DNA of 64,000 nucleotides from Thermoanaerobaculia bacterium (GTDB lineage Bacteria; Acidobacteriota; Thermoanaerobaculia; Multivoradales; UBA5704): NCBI GenBank assembly GCA_036503335.1, contig DASXXC010000037.1, positions 782 to 64,781 of the forward strand, read 5' to 3'. Shown piece by piece: positions 58,837 to 64,000 of this stretch (position 1 is its first letter; each line of letters starts with the position of its first letter). The notes under the pieces were generated by a model. It saw only the letters and a program-made list of their open reading frames with translations, ran no database searches and was not told where the DNA came from. The position numbers and the translations under genes were made by a program.

Positions 58837-61152
58837 CTACGGCACGATGACGCTCACGCTCCGCTGGGAGACCGTGCCGTCCGCGTACCAGGCCTTCACC
58901 GTGATCTGGTGCGGGCCGGAGGACGCAGTAACGCTGGTGTCTACCGTGTCGCTGTTGTTGATCGAGTAAACGCTCGTGCCGTCCAGATAGACCTTCATCG
59001 CCGTGGCCGCGAGGCTGGAGCTCTCGTTGGCCACCACGTGGATCGGCGAGGTCACGGTGGCGCCGTCGGCCGGGCTGGTGATCGTGACCGACCCCGCCCG
59101 CACGTTGAAGCTCTGGGACGCCGTGCTCGTGCCTCCGGCCGTGTAGTTGGCCTTCACCGTGACCGTGTGCGAGCCGGGGGCGGCGTCGATCGATTGATTG
59201 ATGTGACCCGTGCCGGCCACCGTGGCCACCGCCGCGCCGTCGAGATCGATCTCCATCGAGCTGACGGCCGCGCCGGTGTTCTCGTCCGCCAGCACCAGGA
59301 CGGGAGAGTTGTAGGTGGCCGCGCCCACGGGGGAGGAGACCGTCACCGCCCCCGGGTTCGAGGGTGTGACGCTCGCCTGGGCCGAGGCGCTGGTGCCGTC
59401 GCTGTAATAGGCCTTGACCAGGATTGTGTGGGTGCCCGCCGGGACGCTGACATTGGCGCCGGTGTCGATCGATTCGGTCTTGTAGGCCTTGTAGATCGAG
59501 GTGCCGTCCAGAAAGATCAGAATCGAGTCGGTGCTCTTCGCCGTGTTCTCGGCCGCGGCGACCCGGAAGGGATCGGCCACGGTGGCGCCGTTCGCCGGAG
59601 CGCTGATCGTCACCGCCGCGCAGGCCGGGGCGGCATAGGAGACGGCACCGGACATCTTGTTGCGGATCGAGGCCACCCCCACGGCCTTGACGTAGAGGGT
59701 CCGGCTGCCGCAACCGATCGCCAGCGTCGACAGATCGATCGAGCGGGAGCCGCGCGGCAGGGTCGCCACCCGGGTCAGATTCTCGCCGTCCGCGGAATCG
59801 AACACCTCATAGTGATCGATCGTGTTTTCCGTGGCGTTGGCCGCGGCGTTCGGCTGATCGCTGGAGATGGAGAGCGACCAGGAGAGCGTCGAGCCGGCCA
59901 CCGAGGCGCTCACCGCGTAGCAGTTGTCGATCCCGGTCTCGATCTCGGTCCCCTCCTCGTAATCGTTCCAGGTGGAGACCAGCAGGTAGGGGAGCTGCTT
60001 CGACGAGCTGTAATAGGCGTTCGCCTTGGCGATCACGTCCAGCCAGGTGCGGCCGCAGCGCTGCGCCATCACGCTGTTGTTCCAGGAGTTGTGCGTGCCG
60101 TCGAAACCTTTCCAACCGCCGCCCATGGTGAATTTTCCCGCGTTCGTGCTGGAGGTCGCCGCGGTGTAGAAGCGATCTAGATAGGCGAGGCCGTAGGGGT
60201 CGGTCGAATCCGTGGGACTGATCCAGGCGAAGGAGCCGTCGCTCTGGGTATGCGAGAAGCCGGTCGAGTTGCGGAAGACCAGCAGGGGATCGCCGTGCGA
60301 GTAGCCCTGCACGCGGCTGTTGATCGCGGACCAGATCTTGCTCCAGCAGTCGGAGCGGCTGGAGCAGGTGCCGCCGTTCAGGTTGCAGGTCGGATAGGTC
60401 GAGCCGCCGCACTGCGCCATCACCGAATTCCCCTCGTCCAGGAAGAACGAGAGCACCGGGCGATTGCTCACTTTCAGATAGGAGGCGCTGCCGAGGAAAT
60501 TCGTGTTGGCGTAGTCCAGGCTGGCCTCCAGGCCGCTCAGCACGCAGTTGGGCTCGTTGCCGTCGTGGGCGCAGGAGCCGTAGGCGCCCGAGTTGAGCCG
60601 CAGGATGAAGCTCATCGGGCACTGCGAGAGGCCCGTGCAGCGATTGTCGAGATTGTCGCGGATCTTGGCGACCGTTCCGTCGTACTGAGACGCGGAGTGA
60701 TACCAGGCGATCGAGATGCCGTCGAAGCCGCGGCGCAGCAGGTCCGAGATCTGGGCGTCCACGGTCCCGGCGTCGTCCGAGTTGTAGCCGACCTCGAAGT
60801 GGCCGTTGCAATGCTGATAGTCGGTTCCCGAGGGGACCGGATAGGTCGAGCTGTTGTGGCAGACGGTGAACCAGGGCATGAAGGCGGCATAGACCTTGGT
60901 CGTGCTGCCCGAATAGAGGAGCTGGCGCAGGGGGACGTCGCTCACGTTGGCCGGCGCCGGATCGTAGGTGCCGCTGGCGCTGCTGCTCACTCCGGTGAAA
61001 GCCCCTTTGCAGTAGGCGCCGGGGAGCCCGACGCCGCTGCAGCCGCTGGTGTTGTTCGCCGTCTCCGCCGTGTGGGTCGTGGTCTGCGCCAGGACTGCGG
61101 CGGGGGAGAGGAGGGTGATCGCAAAGAGGAGGGAAATGAAATCGCGTTTCAT
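58837..61152 (-). CDS. secreted glycoside-hydrolase-like protein (GH71/GH99-like TIM-barrel features) with three C-terminal Ig-like repeats
   Basis: GGGAGA Shine-Dalgarno and signal peptide. RRGFDGISIAWY and LVSTWNDYEEGTEIE resemble GH71/GH99-type motifs. Three ~85-aa repeats follow (VTISAPANGATV.., VTVSSPVGAATY.., VTITSPADGATV..). The family call is tentative. Confidence 0.5.
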   Translation of the reverse strand: MKRDFISLLFAITLLSPAAVLAQTTTHTAETANNTSGCSGVGLPGAYCKGAFTGVSSSASGTYDPAPANVSDVPLRQLLYSGSTTKVYAAFMPWFTVCHNSSTYPVPSGTDYQHCNGHFEVGYNSDDAGTVDAQISDLLRRGFDGISIAWYHSASQYDGTVAKIRDNLDNRCTGLSQCPMSFILRLNSGAYGSCAHDGNEPNCVLSGLEASLDYANTNFLGSASYLKVSNRPVLSFFLDEGNSVMAQCGGSTYPTCNLNGGTCSSRSDCWSKIWSAINSRVQGYSHGDPLLVFRNSTGFSHTQSDGSFAWISPTDSTDPYGLAYLDRFYTAATSSTNAGKFTMGGGWKGFDGTHNSWNNSVMAQRCGRTWLDVIAKANAYYSSSKQLPYLLVSTWNDYEEGTEIETGIDNCYAVSASVAGSTLSWSLSISSDQPNAAANATENTIDHYEVFDSADGENLTRVATLPRGSRSIDLSTLAIGCGSRTLYVKAVGVASIRNKMSGAVSYAAPACAAVTISAPANGATVADPFRVAAAENTAKSTDSILIFLDGTSIYKAYKTESIDTGANVSVPAGTHTILVKAYYSDGTSASAQASVTPSNPGAVTVSSPVGAATYNSPVLVLADENTGAAVSSMEIDLDGAAVATVAGTGHINQSIDAAPGSHTVTVKANYTAGGTSTASQSFNVRAGSVTITSPADGATVTSPIHVVANESSSLAATAMKVYLDGTSVYSINNSDTVDTSVTASSGPHQITVKAWYADGTVSQRSVSVIVP

Positions 61153-61166
61153 GGTGGGATCTCCCG

Positions 61167-61242
61167 GGAGCCGCGTGGCGCGGCTCCGCTGTTGTGCGCT
61201 CGAGGAACGCGTCCGCCCTGAGAGAGGCGTGACTCTCTCAGG
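61167..61242 (-). terminator. two perfect GC-rich hairpins between the PQQ-dehydrogenase and GH-like genes
   Basis: CCTGAGAGAG-GCGTGA-CTCTCTCAGG (61217-61242, 10-bp stem) and GGAGCCGCG-TGG-CGCGGCTCC (61167-61187, 9-bp stem). No U-tract, so they could be terminators or 5'-UTR structure. Confidence 0.35.
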
Positions 61243-61285
61243 CAGGAGATCCAGAAAGCAAAATTTATTCCAAAATTGAAATAAG

Positions 61286-62629
61286 CTATTGCCCGACGCC
61301 GCTCACCCGCCACACGGCCTTGCCCACGTCGTCCGCCACCAGCAGGGCGCCGCGCTTGTCCACGGCGACGCCCACCGGCCGGCCCATGGCCTTCCCCTGA
61401 TCGTCTACGAAGCCGGTGAGCACGTCGAGCGGCTGGCCGGAGGGGGTGCCCCCGGTGAAGGGGACGAAGATCACCTTGTAGCCGCTACGGGGGCGGCGGT
61501 TCCACGAGCCGTGCTGGCCCACGAACATCCCGTCACGGTAGGGGGAGGGGAGGGACGCCCCCTTCGAGGAGGCCAGGCCCAGCGAGGCGGTGTGCGGTCC
61601 CAGGGCATAGTCGGGCACCACGGCCCTGGCGATCAGATCGGGCCTCTGCGGCTTCGGACGGCTGTCCACGTGCCGGCCGAAGTAGCTGTAGGGCCAGCCG
61701 TAAAAGCCGCCGTCGCGGAGGGCCGTCATGTAGTCCGGCACCAGGTCGTTGCCGAGCTCGTCCCGCTCGTTGACTGCCACCCACAGGGCGCCGCTCAGAG
61801 GCTCCCAGGCCATTCCCACCGGATTGCGCAGCCCGGAGGCGTAGACGCGATGCCGGCCGCTGGCGAGGTCCATCTCCCACACCGCCGCCCGCCCCTCCTC
61901 GGCAGCGATGCCGTTCTCGGCGATGTTGCTGTTGGAGCCCACGCTCACGTAGAGCTTGGAGCCGTCGGCGGAGGCCACCACGTTCTTGGTCCAGTGATGG
62001 TTGATCGGACCCGCCGGCAGATCGACAACCTTGACCCCGGGCGCCGTGATCTTCGTCTCTCCCGCCTTATAAGGGAACCGCAGGACGGCGTCCGTGTCGG
62101 CCACATAGAGGGAGTCCCCCACGAGCACCATGCCGAAAGGGGAGTGGAGGCCCGAAAGGAAGACCGACCGCGTCTCCGCCACGCCATCGCCGTCGCGATC
62201 CCGGAGCAAGGTGATGCTGTCCGGGCTGGGAAAGCCACTGCCGGCCTTCTTCTGAAAGTGCTTGAAGAACCATCCCTTGATCCCCCGGTTGTCCTTCGGC
62301 CGCACCGGCCCGTCGGTCTCCGCCACCAGCACGTCGCCGTTCGGCAGCACATAGAGCCACCGCGGATGCTCCAGCCCGCCGGCGAACGCGTTCACCGCCA
62401 ACCCCTGAGCCGCCACCGGCGTGCGCCCCTGCGGCCAGCTCCCGGCCGTGACCACGTGCGTCACCGGGATCAGCTCCTTGTGAGGAGGGGGCAACGCCGG
62501 GCGGGGGCCGGTGCCGGCGGAGACGGGCGTCTTGGACGAGGAGGCGCAGCCGGCGAGAGCCCCTGTGAAGATCAGGATAGCGGCGGTTGGGGCGAGCGGG
62601 TGGGTGCGCCGGAGCGCGGTTCTCCACAT
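61286..62629 (-). CDS. PQQ-dependent sugar (sorbosone/glucose) dehydrogenase family lipoprotein
   Basis: [38 protein letters not shown] motifs. Lipobox LAGC. ATG 62629 is preferred over the TTG at 62662. Confidence 0.8.
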   Translation of the reverse strand: MWRTALRRTHPLAPTAAILIFTGALAGCASSSKTPVSAGTGPRPALPPPHKELIPVTHVVTAGSWPQGRTPVAAQGLAVNAFAGGLEHPRWLYVLPNGDVLVAETDGPVRPKDNRGIKGWFFKHFQKKAGSGFPSPDSITLLRDRDGDGVAETRSVFLSGLHSPFGMVLVGDSLYVADTDAVLRFPYKAGETKITAPGVKVVDLPAGPINHHWTKNVVASADGSKLYVSVGSNSNIAENGIAAEEGRAAVWEMDLASGRHRVYASGLRNPVGMAWEPLSGALWVAVNERDELGNDLVPDYMTALRDGGFYGWPYSYFGRHVDSRPKPQRPDLIARAVVPDYALGPHTASLGLASSKGASLPSPYRDGMFVGQHGSWNRRPRSGYKVIFVPFTGGTPSGQPLDVLTGFVDDQGKAMGRPVGVAVDKRGALLVADDVGKAVWRVSGVGQ

Positions 62630-62868
62630 GGAGGTAGGCAACAGCAAGAATCGAGCCTGCAACAGCTACAGCGAACGCCTCAGGAGTTGTCATTGGGAAA
62701 CCCGGCGTCAGCTTGTGCCGCATTGACGGCAAATGAGGAAGGGAAGTAGAATAATAAAGCTCTGACAATAAGTACGTATGCGCTTCTCGTCGTTCGACAG
62801 GTTGGGCTGGATGACGACAAGCATTTCAACCGAGCGACAGCTATAGGCATCTAATTAAGGAGATCGAA

Positions 62869-63411
62869 GTGTTGAGAGTTTTTGGTGAGTGGCTGCGTGC
62901 CTGGGTATCGAAGGGACGCAGGTATGCGCCTGCCGCCTCGCGCGTCATCGTCGGGGCGCAAGGGGTTTTCCTTGCAATCGGCTTAGTCTCTTGTGGGCCT
63001 AAGTCTTCTGATTACGACGACTGTGTTCTCAAGAACGTAAAACAAGGAATGAATGAGGTGGCGGTCAGGGCAGTAACGAGGGCGTGTGCTGATAAGTACG
63101 TGCACCGTGCCCCAAAGGAAAATCTCAAGAAGCAGGAGCTATCATTGCTCGATGGCAGAGGTGGCGTCTCTTTTGGAAACCATTTTTCCGGCACGCTGTA
63201 TAACGGTCTTACGGATCGCACAATCACCGAAGTTGAAATCACTGTAACTACTACTATTGGAGAAGCTACCGTCTCGAGAGTTTATGTCACCGACGTGTCC
63301 ATCAGTCCTAAGAGCGCAGGGGACTTCGGCTTCGATATCGTTACAGGGGATAGCGACGCGTCCTATGGATGGAACGTAACAGGTGCGAAGGCGGTGAGAC
63401 AAGACTCCTGA
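62869..63411 (+). CDS. hypothetical lipoprotein (180 aa) in a lower-GC patch
   Basis: GTG start 6 nt after AAGGAG. Hydrophobic N-terminus with LVSCG lipobox. No family recognised. Confidence 0.5.
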   Translation: MLRVFGEWLRAWVSKGRRYAPAASRVIVGAQGVFLAIGLVSCGPKSSDYDDCVLKNVKQGMNEVAVRAVTRACADKYVHRAPKENLKKQELSLLDGRGGVSFGNHFSGTLYNGLTDRTITEVEITVTTTIGEATVSRVYVTDVSISPKSAGDFGFDIVTGDSDASYGWNVTGAKAVRQDS

Positions 63412-63470
63412 AGTCGCTGAGGTTTCCACGGTGCCATCCTTTCCGCGCGGCAACGAAGAGGGTGGTCTCT

Positions 63471-63676
63471 CAGCCCCGCAGGGGCGGCAGGCATTAGCCC
63501 GGTGGCGTGAGCCCCGGGGAGGGAGAAGTCCCTCACCAATCTGGAGCCCCGCCAGGGGGGCAGGAGATCTGGCAACCGCCGTCCTGCCGCCCCTGGCGGG
63601 GCTTACTCATGATCGCCGGCCTCGAATCCCGGGGCTCACGCCGCCGGGCTAATACCTACCGCCCCTGCGGGGCTGA
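63471..63676. repeat. ~206-bp nested palindromic REP/MITE-like element
   Basis: The outer 49-nt arms at 63471-63519 and 63628-63676 are reverse complements with 3 mismatches. Inner arms lie at about 63544-63564 and 63583-63603. It therefore holds four copies of a ~20-nt motif AGCCCCGC(A/C)AGGGG(C/G)GGCAGG, two per orientation. It sits between convergent genes. Confidence 0.7.
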
Positions 63677-63733
63677 CCCGGTCAGCATGAGCATCGAGCC
63701 ATCTTGACCTGACGGTTGCTACCTAAAGGAATC

Positions 63734-63976
63734 TTAATCTTCGTGTGGCGGAGCAGAGGGAACGAGCCGGTCTCTGAGGCGCCGCTCCAAATCATCGAGC
63801 TTGCCAACTGCCGCAATATCTCTATCTGTTTTCAATTCCCTGGGTACGATGAGGTGTCCCGCTGAGGTCTCGAAGAAAAGCTCCGGGCTCTGGGGATATA
63901 CAAGCGTCTGAGCGGCATTGGTTGGCGGATCATAGATGAACACCAACATGCGATCTCCCACCGCTGGCTGGAACAT
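63734..63976 (-). CDS. hypothetical protein, possibly 5'-partial at the window edge
   Basis: 80-aa ORF. The frame stays open upstream to the window end. No family recognised. Confidence 0.3.
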   Translation of the reverse strand: MFQPAVGDRMLVFIYDPPTNAAQTLVYPQSPELFFETSAGHLIVPRELKTDRDIAAVGKLDDLERRLRDRLVPSAPPHED

Positions 63977-64000
63977 CGACTCAGGGCCGCCGCAAAAAGT

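Overview
High-GC bacterial chromosomal window (roughly two-thirds G+C by eye, not computed). G/C dominates codon position 3 in the real frames, which also produces many long spurious antisense and alternate-frame ORFs. The gene content (DUF1800/DUF1501 pair, DoxX-like protein, carboxypeptidase-regulatory-like arrays, PQQ dehydrogenase) suggests an Acidobacteriota-like environmental organism, but that is inference only. About half the window (7371-40035) is one apparent four-gene, translationally coupled operon. (1) A 5960-aa Sec-signal giant protein built from about 13 carboxypeptidase-regulatory-like domains, Ig-like domains and eight ~370-aa glycine-rich modules; the last four modules are near-identical 1.12-kb tandem DNA repeats. 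(2) Overlapping it by ATGA, a 4602-aa Sec-signal Rhs/YD-repeat polymorphic toxin. Its Rhs core carries an unusual ~230-aa Ig-like insertion and ends in DPMGL, followed by a 296-aa C-terminal domain with an Arg / S-x-T / E-x-E ADP-ribosyltransferase-like motif set. (3, 4) Two small coupled ORFs, candidate immunity proteins, in a lower-GC cassette, followed by a frameshift-riddled TPR pseudogene. I see no T6SS, two-partner or T1SS delivery markers next to this operon, and I cannot assign the arrangement to a described system. The rest of the window holds an AAA+/DUF4143 ATPase (probable CTG start) and a DoxX-like membrane protein. It also holds a selenocysteine-containing respiratory formate dehydrogenase operon (fdnG with in-frame UGA and SECIS-like hairpin, fdnH, fdnI, fdhE) and a PIN/RHH toxin-antitoxin pair beside a possible gene fragment. 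Further along are a DUF4013-like membrane protein and a cluster of three tandem HlyD-type adaptors plus a MacB/FtsX-type permease with no ATPase gene. The window ends with a 1145-aa membrane protein, an MBL-fold hydrolase, a glycoside-hydrolase-like protein with Ig repeats, a PQQ sugar dehydrogenase, a small lipoprotein and a ~206-bp nested palindromic REP/MITE-like element. No rRNA, tRNA or CRISPR array was recognised.
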